Shown here: positions 1 to 10,512 of the stretch, in pieces | Numbering within the stretch: the first letter of the stretch is position 1 | Layout: the number at the start of each line of letters is the position of its first letter | Source of the DNA: Amoebophrya sp. A120 | Taxonomy: Eukaryota > Protista > Dinoflagellata | Length of the DNA: 64,000 bases | Direction of reading: 5' to 3' | Assembly (NCBI GenBank): GCA_905178155.1 | Contig: CAJINV010000021.1 | Span: 982,579 to 1,046,578, forward strand | Notes under the pieces: model-generated | What the model was told of the DNA's origin: nothing | Databases searched by the model: none | What the model saw: only the letters and a program-made list of their open reading frames with translations | Translations under genes and position numbers: made by a program

Positions 1-2899
1 GTTGTTCTTTTCTCAGAAGTGCCACCGGAACAAACCACAGGTCGATGCACAAGCCCCGCCGGCGCGGCAGAACTTGACGACGTGCTGGAGGTGGGATTTT
101 CACCCAAAGCTAGGCTATGCAGTGGCGCTCCTGGAGGTGCTCTTGCGGAGGGTAAAGCTGATCCCGGCACAGCACCGGTCGGCTGCGTCAAACAACTGAA
201 GCTGCTGTAGGGGTCGACCACGCCATAGCTGGTTTTTCCGCCTAGGACATTCGCGTTTGAGTTTGACCCAGCTCCACCACCAGCACCGATGCCATAGTAC
301 AAGTGGTTCTTATGTCCACCACCGCTTGCAGTCGCCGCCGCTATTTGCTGGAAGTACGCTCCCGCGGCTAGCAGCCCCTGGGCGAAAGCCTGCTGGTGGG
401 CGGCCAAGCCCATTGCTCCGGCCGCTTGGTGCGCCGAGGCGGTGAAGCTTCCAGGGGCGTTATGGATGTGTCAGGTTTGAAATCGTCAGAGTTGAAATAG
501 TTTGCCATGCATAAAACAGATACCAGTTAGACCTACAGTTTGTAGTCGGTGCATGACAAATTTCCCCGGTCCTGGAAGCGAGTCTGTCATGCGGTTTAGG
601 GCAAAAAAGCTGCCTTCTGTCATGCAAGTCAGCAGTCCAACTTTTGACCCTTACCAGGACTATAATCTGCCTCCCGTGGGTCCTCTGCAATAGAGTCACT
701 TTTTGTATCGCATTTTATGCATTACAAATTATTTCAACTTTGACGATTTCAAACCTAACGCTTCCATATGCGTTCTGGTAATCGTAGAATAACGGCTGCA
801 TCGTCTGGTAATCGTTATGGCCCGGACAACTCGGGATTTGAAAAGTAGTTTATGCAATACAAATTTCCTGTACATGTACAAAATGCATCACAAATTTCAC
901 CAACTTGGAGCATGCCACTTGTCATGCTGAATCGAATTAAAAGGAAGCTTTGTCATGCAGAAACTGCATTTGTACATGTACAGGAAATTTACTGTGGATA
1001 TAGTTTTTTCTTTTCATACAGCTACTTTGGCGAACCTCTGCCCGCCCCTAAAGGGATTACGTATCTATTATCTAGCTCAAGGCAGCTCCTACTAAACTAG
1101 ATAGATAATGTAGCTGAGGTAATGAACTAGAAGAATGAAGGGTCTCCGGCTCCGGCTGTTACAAGTTCGAGACGAGTCTGAGCCTTGCGCTTCTTCCTCT
1201 CGACTTGCCCTCCCGATGTGGGCTGGAGGAAGTCCCTTTAGGGATACCCTCTTCAGGGGGGGTGAAGGGGTATATGGATTTTCGGGCGAAGGGGGGGATC
1301 AGTCAGGGGGATCATGATCCCCCCTGATGATCCCCTCAGAAATGCGGCAAGAAAAATTCAGCATAGCACGCAGGCTAGCTTCAAAAGGGGGGGATCGAAT
1401 AAAGAGGGGATCTTTATCCCCCCCAAATCGGGGCGGATTTTGGGGGATCGGCAGGGGGGATCAGTCAGGGGGGGTCATCCAGTAGGGGATGAACCATCCC
1501 CCCCGGGGGGGTGAACAATCCCCCCTGAAGGAAAAAATACAAATAGCCAAGATATGCACCCTCCGGGATCGCGTCACACAGGTTTCCGCATCCGGAAAAG
1601 CAACAGCCGGAGCCGGGGACCCGTCTTCTAGTTCATCAGATAGCTAGCCTACCTACGTAAGTACACCAGTAGCTACCCCAAGCGGGACCAAAAGTAAGTA
1701 TTTCATTCAGGCGTGGCAGAAGGGTCGCCGAAGTGGCTATATTAAAAAAAAAATCGTAGAATAACGGCTGCATCGTCTGGTAATCGTACTGTTGGTAGCC
1801 CTATCAAATGTAAAAATGTCTGGGTCTGGAAGAGTTGGAACTTGTCATGCTAAATCTGAAGCATGCAAAAAATCTGTAATGCGTGATTACCAACAGCCGT
1901 CCTTTTTTACCAGGTTGAGAGGGAATTTCTCATGCAGGATAGCCATGATAGAGACCTCACAGACTTTGTCATGCTAGGTGCTGCATTCTAAACCTTATGA
2001 GCCACAGAAAACCTGCATCACAAATCGCGCTTTCTTCCAGACCCAGACATTTTTGCATTTGATAAGCCCTTGCCCCGCGAGCCGCCCTTCTTAATGTTTC
2101 CCGGAGGTGGCGCAAAGGTGGAGTAACTAGTGCTCACCTCCTCGATTATATTGGCTGGGACGAACATAGGGCTGATAGTAGCGCCGTTCAAGTTGCTAGT
2201 GCAAGAACTACTACTCCCTGCAGCAGGAGTCATTTCGTTGGAGCTTATCCCGATCTTCATCCTCCCGCTACTTGTGCAACTTCTGTCCCCTTCATCACGA
2301 CTGTGGAGGTGGTTCTGCGATGAAATAAACGCTGCTTGGTCCTGGGACAAAAGCTGCTGAAACTGCTCCGCAACCAAATCTATACTCGACATAGAAGTAG
2401 ATCCAGTAGTTCCACGGTTATTTTGCGCGCCCGCCCTTGTGTCACGCTCACGACCAGATGGCTCCTTCATCATGTAATGAAGCTTGCTTTTAGTCGGAGG
2501 AGGAATAGACATAGAACCACTGCTTCTGGAAGAAGAGGACTGCTCACCTGGATTTGCTACATGAGGAGCCGCTGTACTACTTTTCGCTGATGTTGCAACC
2601 AGCTGAAATGTTGTTGAGCCAGGATCCTGCTGGGCTGGAGGAAATGCTGTCGTTTGTTGTTCCGTCGGGAACTTAGTATGAGTATTCCGCGTAGCCGTGG
2701 TAGAACAACTAGAGCAGTCAACAGCTTGCGCACCTGCTCCTGGGTGGTCGTGAAAGACCCCGTGACTGGTCGTCCCCGCACAAGACGAAGATGGCGGAAA
2801 TCGCCCTGACGAGGATGAAGCGGCCGCAGGTGTTGAAGATGTCGCACCGGCACAACTCTGGTTGAACTTGTAGCCCCGCCGCTTTGCCGTGTTTTCCAT
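1..2899 (-). CDS. Hypothetical low-complexity protein, interrupted by 3 TIR-element introns; runs off the window start
   Basis: ORF 2018-2899 continues in frame as ...GSRGKG|YQQYDYQTMQPLFYDYQN|APGSFTASAHQ... once the elements at 1802-2064, 816-1752 and 461-768 are each removed with one TSD copy; the frame stays open to base 1. Confidence 0.7.
461..768. mobile_element. Introner/MITE-like element, family B
   Basis: TIR TATGGATGTGTCAGGTTTGAAATCGTCAGAGTTGAAATA / TATTTCAACTTTGACGATTTCAAACCTAACGCTTCCATA; flanks GGCGT/TGCGT. Confidence 0.9.
816..1752. mobile_element. Composite insertion: TAT-started element lacking its right end, followed by a G/C-run-rich segment and an A-tract
   Basis: Starts TATGG; internal inverted repeat AAATTTCCTGTACATGTACAAA at ~861-990; ATCGT on both sides, extendable to a 36-bp direct repeat (780-815 / 1752-1787). 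Confidence 0.65.
1802..2064. mobile_element. Introner element, family A
   Basis: TIR TATCAAATGTAAAAATGTCTGGGTCTGGAAG; TSD AGCCC. Confidence 0.95.
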
Positions 2900-3151
2900 G
2901 GAGATGCAGGGGAGAAAAGAACCTGAGGTTTGGGATAATTTTTTTTCACGAAAAACGGCACTTTGGTTTCATCTGTCTCGGATCTTTGTGTTTTTCTTTA
3001 TGTTCCATCTTCTTCACGCTTACAAGCTTTCGTGCTAATTTTCAGGCATCTTCGGTAGTGAAAAAGCAGCTAGGTGGATGCAAGAAAGACAAACACTACA
3101 ATGCTGCAACAGGAGAAAAACCCGAACGAGCTGCCTACTACCAATATCATG

Positions 3152-3204
3152 GAAAGGACCGCCATGGATATTACGAATTTCGTAATATCCATGGCGGTCC
3201 TTTC
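3152..3204. repeat. Perfect palindrome with 26-bp arms and a 1-nt loop
   Basis: GAAAGGACCGCCATGGATATTACGAA-T-TTCGTAATATCCATGGCGGTCCTTTC. Confidence 0.95.
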
Positions 3205-3234
3205 GGAAAGAATGTTTATTTAATACTGTGATTC

Positions 3235-3541
3235 TATGGATGTGTCAGAGTTGAAATCGACAAAGTTGAAATAATTTGTCATGCATAAAATGGACGCCAG
3301 TTGGAACCCAGTTTCCAAGTGGCGCATGACAAATTTCGGCGGTCCCTAAATCCAGTTTGTCATGCTGTTTAGGCAAAGAAGAGCGATTTTCTCATGCTAC
3401 TTTAGCAGCTCGAGCTGTAACCCCAAACAGGCTTACAATCGGCCTCACTTGCCTGCTCTGCAACGCACGTGCCTCGGGTCATGCATTTTATGCATTACAA
3501 ATTATTTCAACTTTGACGATTTCAAACCTGACGCTCCCATA
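3235..3541. mobile_element. Introner element, family B
   Basis: Family B TIRs as at 461-768; TSD GATTC. Confidence 0.92.
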
Positions 3542-4450
3542 GATTCGATGCAGCTGCTGCTGCTGTCCGACTGGGCCTCAAGATCGTCGACGAAGAGGAC
3601 GCCGCTGCGCCGGCACCTCCAGGGTCACTCATGGTGCTTGCTGTCGTGGTCTGGGGGCCTCTACGTCGTCAATCTGTGCTTGTGGTTGTGCAAATGGCTA
3701 TGGCAGGACTTCAGGAATGAAATAGTTGCAACGTACGGAAAGATGGTCATGAGGGTGCTGACCGTTCTCTTCAGTTTGTTCCATGCAGAGACTTGGTGTA
3801 ATGTACTGCCCTTTTCGGATTTGGTAAATTTTGAAATTCATGTTCATCAAAAACAATGAAATACATAAAAGCAAATTAGTGCTTTTTCTGCGACAGGAAC
3901 TGCCACAACATGCTCGGATCGCTACAACAACGGGCTAAAATTACGAATACACAAGGATGTTGTGCGTCAACAGATATCAACATCCTTGTCTAGTAGGAAA
4001 AGGAAAGAAGAAAGCGAAAACGATAAACGAGTGTTGCTCGTCTAGACGACTAGGAGCTTTGCAACTTCTGCTGTGCCACCAGCACCATCAGCAAATCCAC
4101 CGCCCTTGCAAGAGCAGGTATCATTTCAAAACTTTGCATACAGCATTGGCTTCTTCAACAACAATACGCAGCTCCCGTTGTTTACTTTTCGCATGTCTTC
4201 AGTCTTAACGTTCATCTCCGGCACTGTTCCAGCATCTTCTCAAGGGTCGAAAAATTGTCCCTAAATCATTTTTTTTGAATGAACAGGGGAAGGGGAAGCG
4301 CAAGTTGTTGTAGAAGCATACTCTAACTCCATAAATGTGCTGCATTAAAAATGTGCGTAGAGTTAGAGTCCACTACGCACCACTTCATCATGAGCAGTTC
4401 CTCATCTTCGAAAAAAAAAGAACTTTCATCTTTGTCCAGCAGAAAACTCC

Positions 4451-7227
4451 TCACGCCACCTGAGCAGAACGACGTCGACGGTTGTTGGCCGCGCCCACCC
4501 GTTCCGCGAGTTCGCGTTCGTTTTGTCTGAGCAACACAATTTCCCGCAGGTGCCGCACGAGCTGCCCCGGCCGGTACCATTTCAGGTACAACTGTTTCCA
4601 GCGGTGCAGGGTCGCCCGCCGCAAGCCGGACACCATCGCCTGCTTCTGCATTTCCGTGATTTCGTAGCTTTCCTCCCGCTTTTTCCGCTCGCGAATCCGC
4701 GCCTCGATCACTTTCGTCGCGCGCCACCAGGCTGCATAGCGGACCTGCGACAGCAGCTCTTCCTCCATCGAGCGAATTCTCGGGGTGTAGTCGATCTTTT
4801 TTCTTTTCGGCTTGTTTTCGTTTAGCGTCGACCCAGAAGCTGTCTTGGTAGCACTGAAGCAATCGTGTCTTCTGTCTTCCTCAAGACTGTCGACCTCGCT
4901 GTCCTCCCCATGGTCAGGTCCAGTAGCATTGTTCAACCCACTTGATACAGGTGTTCGCGTTGATGCAGTAGGAATGTCCAGTTGGGTGGAGAAAACGTCC
5001 TCCTCCAGGTTTTTCTCGTTCTTCGCCTCCTTCTATCAAATGTAAAAGTGTCTGGGTCTTGGAAGATTTCTAGATTTCTAGATTTGTCATGCATATTTTC
5101 CATGACCCATGATGTCTGTGATGCATGCCGTAGCATCACAGATTCTTAGAGCGCTTTGCGATACCTCTACCGCATGAGAAATGCCCTCTCCGCGTAGCAC
5201 AAGCTGGAATCCTCTTGCTGGTCATGCAATACAACTTTTTTCAGAATCCAGAGACAGCATTGCAAGTTGCAGCCTTCCAGACCCCGACATATTTGCAATG
5301 CATACCTTCTGCGCCTCCCTCGCCGCTGTGACGGCGCTGTCACTCGAGTAGTTGAGCGCGGGCGGCCAAACCAGCTTGTTCCACTGGTGGGCGCGGCTCT
5401 GGCCCTCGTGCGCCCATCGCAGGTACTCTTCGTCAAGTTCGTCTATCAAATGCAAAAGTATCGCACTCGTATAAATGCCAGACTAGCATGACAAATCTGA
5501 TTTTTTTATGTAATTTAGCGTGACAAATTTAATATTTCACGCTGAGCTAATTTGTAATGCATTTATACGAGTACGATACTTGTTTTGCAGTTCATATCGT
5601 CCCAGCTGATACCATGTGAATTGGACATCGTGTACAGTGTGTGCAAGCGCCGCTCCAACAAAGAAGTCGACGTATGTGAAGTGGCTGAGGCTGTCGTCTT
5701 CTCTGTATTATCTTCTCGTCGTTCTTCATCAGCTGAAGAGCCTGTAATTGCACCAACTGCAGCGCCGCTTCCACCTACTTGATCAACATGTTCATCATCG
5801 ATCACTGTTTCTTCTCTCTGCTTGTCGAGCAGTACGAACGCGTCCCTGTCGCAGCGCCGGTTGGTCATGATCATGGGCAACCGACTGTAGTCGCGGACGC
5901 GAGACCAAAGAGATTTAGAATTATTTTTCGATTTCGCAGAGGAGGACTTTCTTCCATGAAGTAGACTTTTACATTGCTGTTCGCCAGCGAGTGCTGTCAA
6001 ACGCTCCTGCAGGTACCGCTCCGCGGTCGGGGGGTAGGAACGTGTGTGGTCGTCGTGTGATGCATCGTCGATGCTGTGGTCATCTTCATTATGATTCATT
6101 TCAACATCGATTCCGTGTCGACGCCCTCCTTCGTCCGCACCCACTTCTACGTCTCCGTCCTCTACCCCGAGTAGCCGAAGCTCCGTCTCCACTTCCAGCA
6201 AGCGCTCCTGTATCTCCTCGGGAGTGATGTTGATCAACGACGGTCTTCCCGCGGAGGACGGGCCGTTCTTACTGGCCGTAGGTAGAAGTACTTCTGCTTG
6301 TGGCTGTGACCACTTTTCGCCTTCACTAGCAGCGGCGGCATCCGATTCTGAGGTCTGTGCTGAGAGGTCGTCCAGCAGGTGAAGATTATCATTATCGTCC
6401 CCTCGTTGAGCAACGCCACCATGATCCCCGCTCTTCTCACTTTCATCTTTCTCTGATTTTATTTCCACCTCGCGGTCGCGCTGCTCTACCACTACACCTC
6501 CGCCTTCATCGTCAACATCACCTTCAACCGCCTGTGTGCTAGAAATTTTCTCCACATGTTGCTCTTCCACCTCTTTCAGGCGCGCCAACAAGTACCGCTT
6601 GGTCCGCCGCAGTTGCGTGATCCGGTACAGTGTGTGCCGGTTCACGTTTCTCCGCGGCTGGAAAACAACTTCGGAAAGGGACCCGCTGGATCTCGCGGGC
6701 ACCGCAGCCACCATGGCCATCACCCTCTGGTTCAGCAAATCATCAGCTTTATCTTTTGCGCGATAATAGTTTGTGATCCCCGACCGGTCGCCGTCGGCAG
6801 CTGCGGCGGTAGCGCGCGGAAAGACGACGCTCTTCTTAGGAGGCTTGGGCTTGCTGTCGTTGTTCTCCGCGAGATTGGTGTCGTTCGAATTTTCTGCGGT
6901 CCCAGGTGGTTTATTATCTTCCGTTCCCGCTGGCACAACTCCAGCTCCTGCAGCATCCTGCTCATCGCTGAGACTAGTGCCTCCAATATTGTCCATCGCG
7001 GACGAAGAGGAAGAGAACGAACGACAACTTCGCGCTCCACATGTTGGCAGGAAAGTTTTCACGACCGGGTTTGTCCGTAGGGCAAATACATGGCAACGAG
7101 ATGAAGAAGAACCACAACCATGCAACTGACATAACCGACGTCCTTGCTGGTGCTGGGCCGCGTGGCGGCACAAGGCAGGCGCACACGCAGGTGACGCTGA
7201 CGGCATGACGAGGTTCCTTTTAGGCAA
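4451..7227 (-). CDS. Hypothetical protein with a possible mitochondrial transit-like N-terminus; 2 introner introns
   Basis: ORFs 5563-7227, 5222-5455 and 4451-4936 join in frame (ISWD|ELDEEYLRW...AQK|EAKNEKN) after removing the elements at 5444-5596 and 5034-5304. Confidence 0.8.
5034..5304. mobile_element. Introner element, family A
   Basis: Family A TIRs; TSD CCTTC. Confidence 0.93.
5444..5596. mobile_element. Introner element, family E (short)
   Basis: TIR TATCAAATGCAAAAGTATCGCACTCGTATAAATG; TSD TCGTC. Confidence 0.9.
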
Positions 7228-7828
7228 CTGTGGTACTGGTAAGTATACAATGGCGACGTCCGCGTCAGATCAGAGCGCTATAATAGATTGATACGATCGG
7301 GCTGGCCCGGAGAAAGGTCCAGCGGCGGAGATGCAGATGATTTTTGGCCGAAACAAAAGCAAATGCAAAACGTCATGGAAGAAAGAAAAATAAAAAGACG
7401 AAAGCGACACTAGCGAGCTTTCCAAGCAAATTAATACAAAAACAAACCAAACTGGAGGTGCACTACGACATGAAGATCCAGAAACGAAATCCACAAAGAA
7501 CAGAGAATTTGACTCATCTTGGATCAAGGAGCGGCCACACTCGCCCGTTTCTGGGTGCTTGCTTCTGCGGTACCGTGGTCGTTCCAGAGATGTGTTTGGA
7601 TTTAGAAGCGAAGCAAGTCCGCTGGTTTTCAAATAAGTAGAAATCTTCATTTGTCTACGGTCGACGCCGCGCCCGCAATGTGGCGCCGCCACACACTGAG
7701 TTCTTTGTCATTGACGTTTCTACGAACGTTCGTTTCCTTGTCTGGATAAGTACATTGATGACTTTTTTTGAAACCCGATTCATCGACACGAGTCTCTCTG
7801 TGTCTGATGAACATCTGCATAGTACTAA

Positions 7829-7877
7829 ATCAGATCCGTCCCCTCATTCCGCGATCGGAAAGCGGACGCATCTTCAC
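7829..7877 (-). promoter_or_regulatory. SECIS-like hairpin (atypical, no apical AA) in the putative 3' UTR of the 8135-8750 gene
   Basis: Minus strand GUGAA-GAUGCGUCCGCU-UUCCG-AUCG-CGGAA-UG-AGGGGACGGAUC-UGAU: a GUGA/UGAU core, an ~12-bp helix with 2 mismatches and an apical mini-stem. Confidence 0.4.
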
Positions 7878-8134
7878 GGCAGGCATCAAGAAAAAATACG
7901 CGCATGATGTTCAATCAAGTAAGTAGATAATTTCATCCACATATACTACTTCCAAAGCTGCGCCCCACTTTCTTCACACGTTTTGCAGCAGCCACGACAG
8001 GAAGTCGTCTTCGCGCTATGACAGATCGGAGCGGGATCTTCAATCTTCATCTTGCTCTTCGGGAAAGAGTAAAATCCAAATGGTGCCGCTCCCTACAGTG
8101 CCCTGGTGCAGCTAGCTTGCTACAGGGTTTTAGC

Positions 8135-8750
8135 TTACTCCTCAATCGGGTGCAGCCACTGCCCTCCGTTGCTCGGGCCCCCGTTATCCGGCATCCATTA
8201 TGGCATTCTCAAATGTTACATTCTCAACTGTTACATGAATTTGTCATGCAAGACTGGCAACAGTGAAAGGAGGAAGATTGCGCCTTTTGCATTACAGGTT
8301 TGGCGCAGATTTAGATGCTGTCTAGCCCTTCCGAAATTTGTCATGCGAAGCAGCTCGATCATCTGCCGGCTTAAGGTACTTTTGCACGACAAATTCATGC
8401 AACAGCTGAGAACGTAACGTTTGAAAACGCCATATCCACTGCTCGCCCCGTAGCGGCTGCCACTCCCCCTGCCCCCGGCGCTTGATCGCGGTCACCAACA
8501 TCCATTTTGCGCTCTCGGCCCCCTGCTGTCGCATCTTGTCCGGCGGCACCGGATACAGAACCCCCTGCACGTGGTCCCCGTTCATGGGGAAGGGGAGCCG
8601 CGGCTCGCACCCCCCGCCGGTGAAGGGGGAGCGCCGGTAGTTGGACCCCGTTCAGCTGCCGCGCGACATACGCATCAAAAACTCCACCGTTGCCCCGTTA
8701 TTCAGCGGAACGGGGAGGGTAGAGGGGTCTGGCGGGGCAGAATTCGCCAT
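8135..8750 (-). CDS. Small (~125 aa) protein with an in-frame TGA at codon 33; candidate selenoprotein; 1 introner intron
   Basis: ATG 8750 in an A-rich context; MANSAPP...MRMSRGS-TGA(8652-8654)-TGSNYRRSPF...PMNGDHVQG...GEQW|MPDNGGPSNGGQWLHPIEE-TAA after removing 8199-8434. Confidence 0.65.
8199..8434. mobile_element. Introner element, family D
   Basis: TIR TATGGCATTCTCAAATGTTACATTCTCAACTGTTACATG; flanks TCCAT/TCCAC. Confidence 0.9.
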
Positions 8751-10512
8751 TTATGTTTTCTTTCCGAGATCAAAGAGATGAAGCAAGAAGACGACGAGAC
8801 GTAAAGAGTTCTTGTTCGGCAAAAAAGTTTCTCAAATAAAACTGGCTGTAAAACCCGTGGGATCGTTTTTACTTTTTTCTCGGTTCAAAGCTAGGGGGGG
8901 AACTACGAACGGAATGCGCCGCGCCTTGTAAAAATTGAGTACTGTACTGTGTGTATGATGTTGCCGACGGCGCATTTTAATCATGATCAAAGCCATTTTT
9001 TACGTACTTCTACTACTACCTCGCAAGCGGGCCTACGCTGGTGCCCCTTGGTCGTTGTAAGTACACTATCTACTGCACACGAAGTGTCGTGGTGTAGAGC
9101 ACCAACTGCTCGTCTACTCCTACTTCAGTTACGACAATTGTTCACCGACACGACGAGCAATAACTTCTTTCGAAGTAGACTAGAACAGCATTCGTTCACG
9201 CAAACAAAAAACAGGTCGTGGAGTTTCTCAAGACTCGGGCAAAAACTCGTTGTCCGCTTGGGATACGTGAGTGTGAGTCGTGATACCGGCAGACATTATA
9301 TCCATTAACACGGTTTCTTTTTCTATTTAGCTTCCTTTTTTATATAAGGAAGTGGTCTCGACAAGGCTCTTTAAACTCGACGGATTGGCAAGGCACCTGC
9401 AAACCGCTGCAGCCATAGGCCTCTTCAACGATAGTACCAAAAAAAAAGACTTCTTCATGATGTCAGGAGGTACGTGACGCCGAAAAGAAAATCACGCATA
9501 ATCTTCTTCTCAAGCTCATCCGTAACTCTACCTCCATAATACGTCGTGTTGCTTAATAGAGTCAGAGCAGCTCACTATCGATCTATCTCTATGCAAGCAT
9601 ACTCACGAATATAATTTTGATTTTCATTACTGGTAGAGGTAGTGCTAGTGGCTTTTTGAACTTTTCATATTCTAGGACTTTAACAAGCTCTATTTTTTAC
9701 CACGACAAGACCAACCACAGCAAACTTTTTGTGAAACAATGTGAGTTGTATGTACAAGATGAAGACTTCACATTTTTTACAACGTATACGGTTTGTGACA
9801 CAGCAGTAATTTTTTGGTCGATTGAAATCCAATCGGAGATCGGATTTCTAACGGCAAGCGAAACGAAGATGACACGACTTCCAGTTAGTAGTCACCTTCT
9901 CAGAAAAATAGAAATTCAAGCCGTTGCATAACCTTTGGTAAAGATGAGGTAAGGTCCAATTTGATAAATTCAGTGGGAAAAGCGATAAAATAGACAAGAA
10001 AAAGAAATCAGGCCTTGCGTGAAAAACCGATGCAAGCTATGATTTCTCGGGAACGAAAGCTTAACGAATGAATTCAGTTTGATGATATTTCAAATTTTTG
10101 GGGAAAAATTGAAATAAGTACAATAGCAAAGAAAAGTTGTTGTAAGCTTCAGACTTTTATCAATCTTTTGATGACAAGAAGCGAAGTATTCAGCAGAAAA
10201 GCGAACCGAATAGAAAGAACTGTATTGATTTCTTTGCGCTCTGGGAAATGCGTACTGAAGCTGATACTGAAAGTGGTATATAATAACTGTTCGGCACCAC
10301 AATGACAATTTATCGGGAGGAGAACGAATTATCTTTCGTTTGATATTTATCACATGGACAAATCGTTTTCGTCCGTCGCTAGAAGATATTCATCGTCGGT
10401 ATACAATCAAGAACCAAGTTCTATTGAATACACTTACACAAAAATCAACATGAAAATCAAAATATTCGGAAAAAATCATAGAGTGAAAAATAAAAAACGG
10501 ACATCAAGAAGA

